This document shows positions 9,894 through 18,620 of a stretch of DNA of 23,166 nt, one piece after another; positions within the stretch are counted from its first letter, which is position 1; every line of letters begins with the position of its first letter. This DNA is from a virus (lineage: Duplodnaviria > Heunggongvirae > Uroviricota > Caudoviricetes). The DNA lies in the IMG/VR virus record IMGVR_UViG_2565956631_000014, positions 1 through 23,166 of that record. One strand, written 5' to 3'. The translations under genes and the position numbers were made by a program. The notes below the pieces were generated by a model. The model was not told where the DNA came from. It worked only from the letters and a program-made list of their open reading frames with translations, and did no database searches.

Positions 9894-10846
9894 TGGCTGA
9901 TTCGAATCTCAATGAGCCGGTAATCATTCAGGCTACACGACTCGACACATCAGTCCTTCCACGCAATATCTTCTCGCAGTCATATCTGCTGTACGTTATT
10001 GCACAGGGTACTGATGTTGGTAATGTGGCTAACAAGGCCAACGAAGCAGGGAAGGGGGCTTATGATGCACAGGTGAAGAATGATGAGCAGGATGTCACCC
10101 TTGCAGACCATGAATCCAGAATTGCTGCTGCTGAAGCAACTCTCGTCAATCATGAGCATAGAATCGCAGCAGCGGAAAGCACTCTTGCAGATCATGAAAC
10201 ACGGATTACGGCTGCCGAAACAGAGCTGGCTGATCACGAGACGCGAATTGCTGCCAATGAATCTGAGTTAGCAAACCATGATGCGCGAATAACTCAGAAT
10301 ACAACCGATATCGACGCACTTGATACCAGGCTCACAGCGGCAGAGGGAAGTATTTCGACGCTACAAAGCACAGTTGGTGATCACTCAACAAGAATATCTG
10401 CGCTTGAGTATGCCACCACGCGCAAGAAATCAGAGGTTGTTTACTCAGGAGTATCTGTAACCATCCCGACAGCGCCGACCAACCTTGTTAGCCTGCTGAA
10501 AACGCTCACGCCGTCATCCGGCACATTGGCGCCATTCTTCGACACCGTTAACAACAAGATGGTTGTGTTCAACGAGAACAAAACCTTGTTCTTCAAGCTG
10601 TCGATTGTCGGGACGTGGCCCAGCGGAACCGCCAACAGGTCAATGCAGCTAACCTTTTCCGGCTCTGTTCCTGACACGTTGGTCAGCAGTCGTAATGCGG
10701 CGACAACAACCGACAACATCCTGTTAGCTACGTTCTTCAGCGTGGATAAAGACGGATTTCTTGCCACAAATGGCAGCACGTTAACCATTCAGTCAAATGG
10801 TGCGGCGTTTACTGCCACAACCATCAAGATAATCGCGGAGCAGTGA
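9893..10846 (+). CDS. tail needle protein (P22 gp26 family) with C-terminal knob domain
   Basis: 317 aa; start overlaps previous stop (TAATG). Central trimeric coiled-coil made of five 14-aa repeats (L-A-D/N-H-E-x-R-I-A/T-A-A-E) and an extra ~140-aa C-terminal domain like Sf6/HK620-type needles. Confidence 0.8.
   Translation: MADSNLNEPVIIQATRLDTSVLPRNIFSQSYLLYVIAQGTDVGNVANKANEAGKGAYDAQVKNDEQDVTLADHESRIAAAEATLVNHEHRIAAAESTLADHETRITAAETELADHETRIAANESELANHDARITQNTTDIDALDTRLTAAEGSISTLQSTVGDHSTRISALEYATTRKKSEVVYSGVSVTIPTAPTNLVSLLKTLTPSSGTLAPFFDTVNNKMVVFNENKTLFFKLSIVGTWPSGTANRSMQLTFSGSVPDTLVSSRNAATTTDNILLATFFSVDKDGFLATNGSTLTIQSNGAAFTATTIKIIAEQ
10100..10309 (+). repeat. five tandem imperfect 42-nt repeats encoding the tail-needle coiled-coil
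   Basis: Seen directly: units [14 protein letters not shown] / [14 protein letters not shown] / [14 protein letters not shown] / [14 protein letters not shown] / [14 protein letters not shown] in frame within the tail needle gene. Confidence 0.8.
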
Positions 10847-11301
10847 TGATTCAGTTCAAACCAACGCGAAACATCGACCTGATCGAAGCAGTCGGAAATC
10901 ACCCCGACATTATCGCCGGGAGCAACAACGGTGATGGATACGACTACAAGCCTGAATGCCGTTACTTTGAGGTGAACGTGCACGGGCAGTTCGGCGGAAT
11001 TGTTTACTATCAGGAGATTCAGCCGCTGACATTCGATTGCCACGCCATGTACCTGCCAGAGGTTCGCGGATTCAGCAAGGAAATCGGGCTGGCGTTCTGG
11101 CGATACATTCTGACTAACACCACTGTTCAGTGTGTCACATCGTTCGCTGCGCGCAAATTCCGCCACGGGCAGATGTACTGCGCAATGATTGGCCTTAATC
11201 GTGTAGGAACCATCAAGAAATACTTCAAAGGCGTGGATGACGTGACATTTTACAGTGCTACACGCGAAGAACTAATCGAATTCCTGAATCACGGGAGATA
11301 G
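10846..11301 (+). CDS. gp14-like virion/ejection-associated protein
   Basis: 151 aa from ATG 10846 (alternative GTG 10843), overlapping the needle stop; assignment by position only (the gene after the needle in P22-like phages). Confidence 0.45.
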   Translation: MIQFKPTRNIDLIEAVGNHPDIIAGSNNGDGYDYKPECRYFEVNVHGQFGGIVYYQEIQPLTFDCHAMYLPEVRGFSKEIGLAFWRYILTNTTVQCVTSFAARKFRHGQMYCAMIGLNRVGTIKKYFKGVDDVTFYSATREELIEFLNHGR

Positions 11302-11303
11302 CC

Positions 11304-11999
11304 ATGTTATATGCATTTAAGCTGGGCAGAAAACTGCGCGGCGAGGAACCTTATTGCCCTGAAAAAGGCGGGAAAGGTGGCAGCTCTGATAAAAGCGCAA
11401 AGTATGCAGCAGAAGCTCAGAAGTATGCCGCAGACCTGCAAAATCAGCAGTTCAACACCATCATGAACAACCTGAAGCCGTTTACTCCTCTGGCTGAGAA
11501 GTATGTCGGCAGCCTCGAGAACTTATCGTCTCTGGAGGGGCAAGGTCAGGCACTTAACCAGTATTACAATTCTCAGCAGTATAAAGACCTTGCAGGTCAG
11601 GCTCGCTATCAGAGTCTGGCGGCAGCGGAAGCAACAGGTGGATTGGGTTCCACCGCAACCAGTAATCAGTTAGCAACAATCGCACCAACGCTTGGTCAGC
11701 AATGGCTATCTGGACAAATGAACAATTACAATAACCTGGCAAATATTGGTCTTAGCGCTCTTCAGGGACAGGCAAACGCCGGGCAAACATATGCCAACAA
11801 CATGAGCCAGATTTCACAGCAAAGCGCGGCACTGGCGGCGGCAAACGCTAATAGACCTTCCGGCCTTCAATCTGCAATAGGCGGGGCTGCCTCTGGAGCA
11901 ATTGCTGGAGCACAACTTGGCAGCATTGTTCCTGGTATTGGTACTGGTATTGGTGCCGCTGTTGGTGGCGGTCTTGGTCTGCTTGGCTCGTTGTTTTAA
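11304..11999 (+). CDS. ejection (internal virion) protein, P22 gp7-like
   Basis: 231 aa; GGGAGA SD; first of three consecutive large genes in the conserved gp7-gp20-gp16 position; Gly/Ala-rich hydrophobic C-terminus. Confidence 0.65.
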   Translation: MLYAFKLGRKLRGEEPYCPEKGGKGGSSDKSAKYAAEAQKYAADLQNQQFNTIMNNLKPFTPLAEKYVGSLENLSSLEGQGQALNQYYNSQQYKDLAGQARYQSLAAAEATGGLGSTATSNQLATIAPTLGQQWLSGQMNNYNNLANIGLSALQGQANAGQTYANNMSQISQQSAALAAANANRPSGLQSAIGGAASGAIAGAQLGSIVPGIGTGIGAAVGGGLGLLGSLF

Positions 12000-12008
12000 G
12001 GGGTAATC

Positions 12009-13394
12009 ATGGCTACGTGGCAACAGGGTATTAATTCTGGTGGTTTTCTGGCTGGCATCGGTACGCAAAATGAGAATGCGCCAAAGGCAAGCGACATTAA
12101 CGCAACGCTTGGTCTGATCCGCGAAAACAATGAACTGGCTCGCTCAGGTGCAAATAACGTTGGTCTGACCGCGTTACGTGGTCTGGCTGGAGTTGCTGAT
12201 ATTTACAATCAGGAACAGCAACAGAAAGCGATTAGTGCGTTCAATAAGGTTCACGCTGATGCATGGGCTTCTGGTGATCCATCGGGACTATTTAAGTTTG
12301 CCCAGGAAAATCCAGCGTTTGTTGCACAGGCACAACAGGCGTTTTCCGGTCTTAATGAGCAGCAACGCAACGATATGGGCGATTTAGCCATGAGGGCTAA
12401 CGTCGCTCTTTCTCAGGGACCGGAAGCCTACAGTAAATTCATTACTGACAACAAGGACAGGTTAAATCGCGTTGGCGCTAATGCTGACTGGATGATTCAG
12501 ACAGGTATTCAGAATCCAGAGCAGCTATCACACATGCTGACTACTATGTCTCTCGGTGCGCTTGGACCAGAAAAGGCGTTTGCTGTTCAGGATAAGATGG
12601 TTGGTCGCCAGCAGGAGCAGCAAAGAATTAACGAAACCATTCGCAATAATGACATGACGAATGCGAGGGCTATTAGGGGGCAAAACCTTTCCTATCAGTC
12701 TGCAATGACCGGACACGGACTTGCAGCAGAAAGACTGGCACTTGATAAGCAGAAATTCGGTTTTGAAGTACAACAGGCACAAAAAAAGGCCGAGGAACTT
12801 ATTAATGCAGCGCCAAAATTATCAGTGAACATGGAAAAGGCTATAGAAAAATCAGCAGGTGATGCGGCAGCTAGTCGTAATGCTGCCGATTCAATGACAA
12901 CGCTCGCTGACACGCTGGAGAAGGAGAAGCCAACTCCTGGTTTGTTCGGTAACGCTGAAAATATGTTCTCTAAGCTTACGGGGCAAGATAACTACCTCCG
13001 AGATATGCGGATTAGATTCAACCAACTAGCCAATGCGCAGGCAACCAAGCTTCTCCCTCCCGGCCCTGCATCAGATAAGGATATTGAGTTTGCAAGGAAA
13101 GGCATTCCAAGCGAAACGGATAATCCAATGGTCATGGCTCGATGGTTAAGGGGTATGGCAAAAATGGAAAGTAATAACGCGAAGTTCAACGAGTTTAAGT
13201 CAGAGTGGATGAGTGCAAATGGCAGCCCAGGACAATCTGATCGCAACCGAAACATCATGGGGATGGATGTTAAGAAGGGTGAGTCATTGAACTCTGCGGC
13301 AAAACGTTTTCTTTCCTCAAGTTATGGCGATAGCCAACCTCAACAGCAATTGTCCGATGACGAATTAATTAGCAAATATCTCGGAGAGCAGTAA
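12009..13394 (+). CDS. ejection protein, P22 gp20-like
   Basis: 461 aa, second gene of the ejection-protein triplet; size close to P22 gp20. Confidence 0.65.
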   Translation: MATWQQGINSGGFLAGIGTQNENAPKASDINATLGLIRENNELARSGANNVGLTALRGLAGVADIYNQEQQQKAISAFNKVHADAWASGDPSGLFKFAQENPAFVAQAQQAFSGLNEQQRNDMGDLAMRANVALSQGPEAYSKFITDNKDRLNRVGANADWMIQTGIQNPEQLSHMLTTMSLGALGPEKAFAVQDKMVGRQQEQQRINETIRNNDMTNARAIRGQNLSYQSAMTGHGLAAERLALDKQKFGFEVQQAQKKAEELINAAPKLSVNMEKAIEKSAGDAAASRNAADSMTTLADTLEKEKPTPGLFGNAENMFSKLTGQDNYLRDMRIRFNQLANAQATKLLPPGPASDKDIEFARKGIPSETDNPMVMARWLRGMAKMESNNAKFNEFKSEWMSANGSPGQSDRNRNIMGMDVKKGESLNSAAKRFLSSSYGDSQPQQQLSDDELISKYLGEQ

Positions 13395-15208
13395 TGGCCT
13401 ATAGTCGTGAACAGTTGATGACGGCGTTAAGGAATGCTGATGCTGCCGGCGATACTGAGGGAGCACGTCGCATTGCTCAGATGCTGTCTTCTGGTGATCA
13501 ATCCACTCAAAACCAATCGCAGCCAGAAGAACAATCTCTGGTGGGAAAAGCTACTGACTGGCTCACTGGTGGTCAAAGTGCAGGGCAAATTGCAGAACAG
13601 GCTGGTCGTGGTCTGGTAAACATACCATTTGACGTATTGCAGGGCGGCGCAAGTCTGATTAATGCAATCAGTCAGGGGCTTGGTGGACCCAAGGTTTTGG
13701 ATGATGTTTATCGTCCAGTAGACAGACCGACAGACCCATACGCACAAGCCGGTGAAACAATTGGTGGGTATTTAGTTCCAGGAGTTGGAACGGCAGGAAG
13801 CATGGCTATTGGATCACTGGCAGAGGCCGCAAATCAGAAAGGCGATTTCGCACAAAATGCAGCTAAAAATGCCGGAGTTAACCTTGCCGCTCAAGGTGTT
13901 CTTTCCGCAGCAGCAAAGGGAATAGGGCGTGGAATAACGGCTATAAAAGGTGATATTGCGCCAGAAGTGGCGAAGAAAATTGCCACATCAGAATCGATGG
14001 GCGTGACACCAATGACATCTGATGTTATCCCGCCGAAAAATGCTTTCACTCGCGGCCTTACTCAGGATGCCGAGGGGGCTTTGCTCGGGACAGGATCAAA
14101 GCGAGCCGAGCAGTATGCAAAAAGAAGTCAGCTAGTTAAAAAACAGCTTGAGAAATATGGCGAATATAGCCCATCAGTTGTTGTTGACGATCTGTATGGT
14201 TCTCTGAAGTCAAGGAAGGATTCAGCCGGAAGCGTTATTGAAGACATTACAACCAAAATGGGAGACGCACCTGTTGACACATCAAAATCAATTAAGGTTA
14301 TCGACAACGTACTTACCAGAGCTAACAGGCTTGGGAAAGTGGCAAATAAGGATTTGATTCGCGGGTTATCCGATTTGCGAGAAGAACTTGCTAAACCAGA
14401 TATAGATTTTGGTCTATTGAGAGAGTTACGGTCAGCCTTGAGGGAAAGTATTCAGGGAGATGCCATGGTTTTTCCCAATAGCGCGAAAGCTGCAACTGAT
14501 GCCGTGGAGAGGGCAATGGGTGCAGATTTGAGGAATAACGCAGCACGGTATTTGGGGGCTGGAGAGGCCGCCAGATACGTTAAAGCAAACTCTGACTACT
14601 CCAGCGTCTTCAATAAGGTTCTCAATAAAAGGATTGCGAATAATCTCAACAAAGCTAAAAAAGAGTTTACTCCAGAGCTAATAAACAGCGTTGTATTCAG
14701 CAGAAAACCATCAGATATTAAGAGGATATGGCCTGCTCTTAGTGAAGATGGAAAGAACGCTATGCGTGCTGCTTATATCAGCAAGATTGCAGAAAAAGCA
14801 GGAGACTCGCCAACAAAATTTCTTACCGAGTTAAATAAGTTGAAGTCGCAATCTGACGGTCAGATCTATAACACGATATTCAGTGGGAGACACATGAAAG
14901 AGCTTGATGCTCTTCATGAAGTTCTACAGCAAACAGCAAGGTCGGACACCGCAAATGTGGTAACACAGACGGGGCAATCACAAGCCAACAGGATAAGGAC
15001 GATTGGCGCAACTGCGACTCTTGGGGCAACACTGGCGCTTGAATCTGGTTTCGGTGCAATGATGCGCCTGTATGAGTCCAAAGCAACGAGGAATGCGCTC
15101 TTACGTCTGGCAAATACTAAAGCTGGAACGCCAGCCTATGAAAGAGCGCTGAATAACGCCGCAAATGCCATCAGACCAATACTTGCCAATGATGCAACTG
15201 ATCGCTAA
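13394..15208 (+). CDS. ejection protein, P22 gp16-like
   Basis: 604 aa, start overlaps previous stop (TAATG); size close to P22 gp16. Confidence 0.65.
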   Translation: MAYSREQLMTALRNADAAGDTEGARRIAQMLSSGDQSTQNQSQPEEQSLVGKATDWLTGGQSAGQIAEQAGRGLVNIPFDVLQGGASLINAISQGLGGPKVLDDVYRPVDRPTDPYAQAGETIGGYLVPGVGTAGSMAIGSLAEAANQKGDFAQNAAKNAGVNLAAQGVLSAAAKGIGRGITAIKGDIAPEVAKKIATSESMGVTPMTSDVIPPKNAFTRGLTQDAEGALLGTGSKRAEQYAKRSQLVKKQLEKYGEYSPSVVVDDLYGSLKSRKDSAGSVIEDITTKMGDAPVDTSKSIKVIDNVLTRANRLGKVANKDLIRGLSDLREELAKPDIDFGLLRELRSALRESIQGDAMVFPNSAKAATDAVERAMGADLRNNAARYLGAGEAARYVKANSDYSSVFNKVLNKRIANNLNKAKKEFTPELINSVVFSRKPSDIKRIWPALSEDGKNAMRAAYISKIAEKAGDSPTKFLTELNKLKSQSDGQIYNTIFSGRHMKELDALHEVLQQTARSDTANVVTQTGQSQANRIRTIGATATLGATLALESGFGAMMRLYESKATRNALLRLANTKAGTPAYERALNNAANAIRPILANDATDR

Positions 15209-15229
15209 TGGTTGATGTCATGGATGTTG

Positions 15230-15868
15230 TTAATTGCGAATGGAATCGCGGAACTCTTTACTTGATAGAAAAGGATCTGTTCTCCTTAACTCATCATAGT
15301 TTTTATTAAACTTTCTTGCTTCACCAGGGTATCTGTTGAACAAAACATTGCAGAAAAAAGAGAGCAATAACTCACATATAAATGCTAATATCCTGAAAAA
15401 TAAAGGTATAAAAAGAAGGAAAGGTTCATTGAAGTCTCTATTCCAAACAAAATAGACAATCATCCCGACATACCAAATTGATATCCCTATACTGATGATT
15501 GTTCCAACAGAGGTAACTACGATCCCGATTAAGTCGGACAGTCTGTTTGCCAGTAACTCATTTGAGTATCTTGCAATCATATACCGCCAACATTTTGCAA
15601 TATCATCCTGATCTGTAGAGTCTTCTGGAATGGCTAGGCTTCTACATATTGAAGCAGCTCTTTTTTTCTCAACTCTTTTTGAGAGCCATCCATTAAAGAG
15701 ATACATCAACACCTGCGTTGCTATTCCTGCACCAAGTGATATCAAAGACATCCCCAAAAATCGCCATCCTGGAGATAGTGACTGGTACTGCCAAACAAAA
15801 AAAATTAAAAAACCCAATGAGCCTATGACATAGGCTGATGTATCGCTATATATATCTATTTTTTTCAT
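15230..15868 (-). CDS. multi-pass inner-membrane protein at the sieA position (candidate superinfection-exclusion protein)
   Basis: 212 aa from the internal ATG at 15868, which has AAGGAG 9 nt upstream (track ORF starts 11 codons earlier). Four to five hydrophobic helices (e.g. YVIGSLGFLIFFVWQY, LIGIVVTSVGTIISIGISIWYVGMIVYFVW) with charged loops. Visibly AT-rich relative to flanking structural genes. Convergent with the gp16-like gene. Confidence 0.6.
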   Translation of the reverse strand: MKKIDIYSDTSAYVIGSLGFLIFFVWQYQSLSPGWRFLGMSLISLGAGIATQVLMYLFNGWLSKRVEKKRAASICRSLAIPEDSTDQDDIAKCWRYMIARYSNELLANRLSDLIGIVVTSVGTIISIGISIWYVGMIVYFVWNRDFNEPFLLFIPLFFRILAFICELLLSFFCNVLFNRYPGEARKFNKNYDELRRTDPFLSSKEFRDSIRN

Positions 15869-15918
15869 TGAGTAGCCACTCCTTAGTTTTGAGCAGAACA
15901 CCGGATGATAATGTTTTG

Positions 15919-16170
15919 TTATGTGTCTTTTGGGATTCTATCCAGTAACTCGTTGGAAATTTTATCAAGTAAAGATTTTATTTGTTTAAGATCTAATGAT
16001 TTGTCTACTGATGAGACGTCAGATGATAACGCATCCTCAAGAATTTGAACTATCTCTGAGTTCATAGATCGACCGTTTCGTTTAGCCCTTTCCGCAATAG
16101 CACTACGCATGCCGTCAGGCATTCTAACCGTAAATCTTTCTATGAAATTTGATTCGTCTTTTTCTGACAT
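15919..16170 (-). CDS. mnt: Mnt-like ribbon-helix-helix repressor
   Basis: 83 aa from ATG 16170 (track ORF has a 16-codon upstream extension). N-terminal RHH motif FTVRMPDGMRSAIAERAKRNGRSMNSEIVQILEDAL resembles P22 Mnt (FNFRMPMEVREKLKFRAEANGRSMNSELLQIVQDAL); C-terminal helical tail. Divergent from the arc-like gene. Confidence 0.7.
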   Translation of the reverse strand: MSEKDESNFIERFTVRMPDGMRSAIAERAKRNGRSMNSEIVQILEDALSSDVSSVDKSLDLKQIKSLLDKISNELLDRIPKDT

Positions 16171-16219
16171 TTTCTTATTCGCAAGGCATATGAGCAATAA
16201 AAAACACAGTAGCATCATA

Positions 16220-16274
16220 TTGACATTATGAGCAATGGCATCATAATGGTGTCATGACATCATGGTGATGTCAT
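16220..16274 (+). promoter_or_regulatory. sigma-70-like promoter plus 21-bp palindromic operator in the mnt/arc divergent region
   Basis: Seen directly: TTGACA at 16220..16225, 16-nt spacer, CATAAT at 16242..16247, oriented toward arc. Palindrome ATGACATCA-tgg-TGATGTCAT at 16254..16274 lies between the -10 and the arc start. TGACATTATGA-like motifs repeat at 16221 and 16269. Confidence 0.55.
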
Positions 16275-16290
16275 TATGACGGAGATATTG

Positions 16291-16467
16291 ATGATGAGCG
16301 ATGTTCTTTACAGTGGTCGTAAAAGTCAGAGTTTCCAGCTTCGTTTGCCAGCGCGAATGAAGGAGGAGATCAGACGCGTAGCTGAAATGGATGGAATTTC
16401 TATCAACTCTGCGATTGTGCAGCGACTGGCTAAAAGCCTGAGAGAGGAAAGAGCTAATGCCCAGTAA
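16291..16467 (+). CDS. arc: Arc-like ribbon-helix-helix repressor
   Basis: 58 aa from ATG 16291 (GGAG 6 nt upstream; alternative ATG 16276). RHH signature FQLRLPARMKEEIRRVAEMDGISINSAIVQRL is comparable to P22 Arc (FNLRWPREVLDLVRKVAEENGRSVNSEIYQRV). Confidence 0.7.
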   Translation: MMSDVLYSGRKSQSFQLRLPARMKEEIRRVAEMDGISINSAIVQRLAKSLREERANAQ

Positions 16468-16540
16468 AAATAGTGAAGCCCGGAAGTGCGCGAACACAAA
16501 CCGGGCCTCTATGTCAGTAACCGTACTCAAGGAAACTAAC

Positions 16541-17179
16541 ATGAATATTGTAGCAAAATCAGATTATAACTTCCAAGGATTCACTTTTAACCCTGTAACA
16601 GAGGGCGGGTCTATCTGGTTTACCTCCACCGAACTAGCTAAGGCTCTCGGCTATAAAAAAACTGATGCCATCAGCCAAATTTATGCCCGTAATGCTGACG
16701 AATTTTCCGACTCAATGTCATTGACCCTCAATATGAAGGTCAACGGAATAAACAATAGCTTACGTAACAAATCGGTCAGAGTTTACTCACTCCGAGGCGC
16801 TCACTTGGTGGCGATGTTTGCTTCTACGCCCAAGGCCAAAGAGTTCCGCCGCTGGGTGCTGGATATTTTGGATCGGCAGGCAGAATGCTCACCGATTGCA
16901 AAACAGTTTACTGACGAAGAACTGGTTAATCTCTGCTACTTACAATTGTGGATGGAGAAGAGTCAACAAATGTGCAAACACATCTACCCTGGAATGAAGC
17001 AAATTGGTTCTGAGCTTTCAGGAAAGATTTACGATATTGCATATGAGACTCGCTACATGTCAGAAGAAACCAAGAAATCGCTTCTTCGTGAAATGAAGAA
17101 TCTTGATCCCAACAATTTTGTCGTAAAGAACGCTCAGCCAATGCTGGCAAAACTTCGCGGCGAGGAATGGATTCATTGA
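16541..17179 (+). CDS. antirepressor-like protein with Bro-N-type N-terminal domain
   Basis: 212 aa from ATG 16541 (AAGGAA SD; track ORF starts 28 codons earlier). Bro-N-like motifs: GSIWFTSTELAKALGY, VRVYSLRGAHLVAMFASTPKAKEFRRWV. Sits where ant lies in P22 immI. Confidence 0.6.
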   Translation: MNIVAKSDYNFQGFTFNPVTEGGSIWFTSTELAKALGYKKTDAISQIYARNADEFSDSMSLTLNMKVNGINNSLRNKSVRVYSLRGAHLVAMFASTPKAKEFRRWVLDILDRQAECSPIAKQFTDEELVNLCYLQLWMEKSQQMCKHIYPGMKQIGSELSGKIYDIAYETRYMSEETKKSLLREMKNLDPNNFVVKNAQPMLAKLRGEEWIH

Positions 17180-17266
17180 TTGGCGCACAGGACGGCGCAA
17201 AAGAAAACCGCCAGTGTGCTGCTGGCGGCCTATGTCACACCCTTACTACCACATAAGGAATGCCTA

Positions 17267-17995
17267 ATGACTTTTAAGAATGTAGCAAACATCGGATCCG
17301 TTGTCACGGATAAAACCATTGATAGCCAGTACCTGTTAGAGATGGTCAATCATGCTCGTAGACAGTGCGGGGAAAAAGAAGTCCGAAATAACGACTTTAT
17401 TGCACGCATTAAGGATGAACTTGAAGGTGAGCACTACGAAATTTTCGTAGTTCAAAAATCAAACAAGACAACTTCTGAAAAAGTTGTTATGTCAATTAAG
17501 CAAGCCCTTCGAGTGGCTGCTCGTGAATCTAAAGCTGTTCGCCGCTCACTTGTAGACCAACTTGAAAGTATGCAAGAAGCGCACATTAAAAGCGGTAAAT
17601 CGTCGAGTGGACTTGTTGAGTATCGCCAGGCGCGAACATTGAAAATGACGGTTGAAGCTGTTACCAATCTGTTCGATTTGATGCCAAATCTTGCGCCGGA
17701 AGCAAAGCAGACTGCGGCAGCAAGCATAATCAACCCGCTCGTTGGTTTTAATGCAATACCTCTTCCGGCAATAGAAGAGCATTACTACTCAGCAGGGGAG
17801 GTTGCAGAGCAGCTTGGAGTAACGGCCAACAAGATTGGTCGCATTGCTAACGCAAACAACCTCAAAACTGAGCAGTACGGGAAGTTCTTCTTGGATAAAT
17901 CTGCGCATTCAAGCAAACAGGTGGAAGCATTCCGCTACAATGCGGAGGGTGTTAAAGCACTACAACACCTGATTCATGGGAGCAATGTTGCATAA
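17267..17995 (+). CDS. antirepressor-like protein with KilAC/ANT-type C-terminal domain
   Basis: 242 aa from ATG 17267 (AAGGAA SD; track ORF starts at 17180). C-terminal YYSAGEVAEQLGVTANKIGRIANANNL fits the KilAC/ANT pattern found in the C-terminal half of P22 Ant; N-terminus is Rha-like. Confidence 0.5.
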   Translation: MTFKNVANIGSVVTDKTIDSQYLLEMVNHARRQCGEKEVRNNDFIARIKDELEGEHYEIFVVQKSNKTTSEKVVMSIKQALRVAARESKAVRRSLVDQLESMQEAHIKSGKSSSGLVEYRQARTLKMTVEAVTNLFDLMPNLAPEAKQTAAASIINPLVGFNAIPLPAIEEHYYSAGEVAEQLGVTANKIGRIANANNLKTEQYGKFFLDKSAHSSKQVEAFRYNAEGVKALQHLIHGSNVA

Positions 17996-18216
17996 TGGCA
18001 AAGAAAAGATATGGCATTATGCCGCCAAGAATCAAAGGAAGAGCCAGGGTAAAAGGAGATGCTGGAAGGTATCACATTCTTGGAGTTCTGTGGCATGAGA
18101 GAGCTTTAATTTTAAGTAGACCTCATGGGTACATTGAAAAGGTATCTATAGATAGAGTAGAGATTCTTCCCCTTACACCTGAAGAAGAAGAAACTTACGG
18201 ACTTTTTGATAACTAA
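17995..18216 (+). CDS. hypothetical small basic protein (73 aa)
   Basis: Start overlaps the previous stop (TAATG); followed 8 nt later by a strong terminator. No recognisable motif. Confidence 0.45.
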   Translation: MAKKRYGIMPPRIKGRARVKGDAGRYHILGVLWHERALILSRPHGYIEKVSIDRVEILPLTPEEEETYGLFDN

Positions 18217-18223
18217 CCAATTA

Positions 18224-18252
18224 AACCCGCTTAATCGCGGGTTTTTTCTTTT
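18224..18252. terminator. Rho-independent terminator (strong for + strand, possibly bidirectional)
   Basis: Seen directly: AACCCGC-ttaatc-GCGGGTT hairpin followed by TTTTTTCTTTTC on the + strand. The hairpin also contains the stop codon of the minus-strand Mnt-like gene. Confidence 0.75.
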
Positions 18253-18488
18253 CTAAGAATATCAGCCGCAACTTCTTTTACTCGTTCCGAGATTAATGAG
18301 GCAAGCCTCTCTTCTTCATCACGATACCCGCTTACAGGTGATGGTTTGGAGAGCGATTCTTCCATCGTAGCCACAATTTCGGAATTGATAGACCTGTTAT
18401 TCATTTTTGCACGTTGCTTAATCTTGGCGTGCAACTCGTGCGTAAGCCTCAAGTGGAACTGCGCCTCATCGTATTTGCTGTACATCAT
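18231..18488 (-). CDS. mnt: Mnt-like ribbon-helix-helix repressor (second paralogue)
   Basis: 85 aa from the ATG ATG at 18488/18485 (GAGG 7 nt upstream); the 217-aa track ORF is an upstream read-through. Strong resemblance to P22 Mnt: FHLRLTHELHAKIKQRAKMNNRSINSEIVATMEESLSKPSPVSGYRDEEERLA versus FNFRMPMEVREKLKFRAEANGRSMNSELLQIVQDALSKPSPVTGYRNDAERLA. Confidence 0.7.
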   Translation of the reverse strand: MMYSKYDEAQFHLRLTHELHAKIKQRAKMNNRSINSEIVATMEESLSKPSPVSGYRDEEERLASLISERVKEVAADILRKEKTRD

Positions 18489-18620
18489 CAATGCCTCACC
18501 AAATGGGTGGAATGGCATCGTAAAACCTACTGTACAAATCAACAATCGTACCGTTTCGGTATGCAACAAATACCAACCGTAGCCATGCTGCGGCCATTCC
18601 TTGTATCTGGAGCAAATTAA

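Noticed and set aside
10100-10309. Possible CRISPR-like array suggested by regular 42-nt repeats
   Set aside because: The repeats are in frame within the tail needle gene and encode a coiled-coil; no spacer/repeat alternation and no cas genes.
16252-16542. 96-aa minus-strand ORF overlapping the arc-like gene
   Set aside because: Antisense shadow of the arc-like gene and the promoter region; no motif, no RBS.
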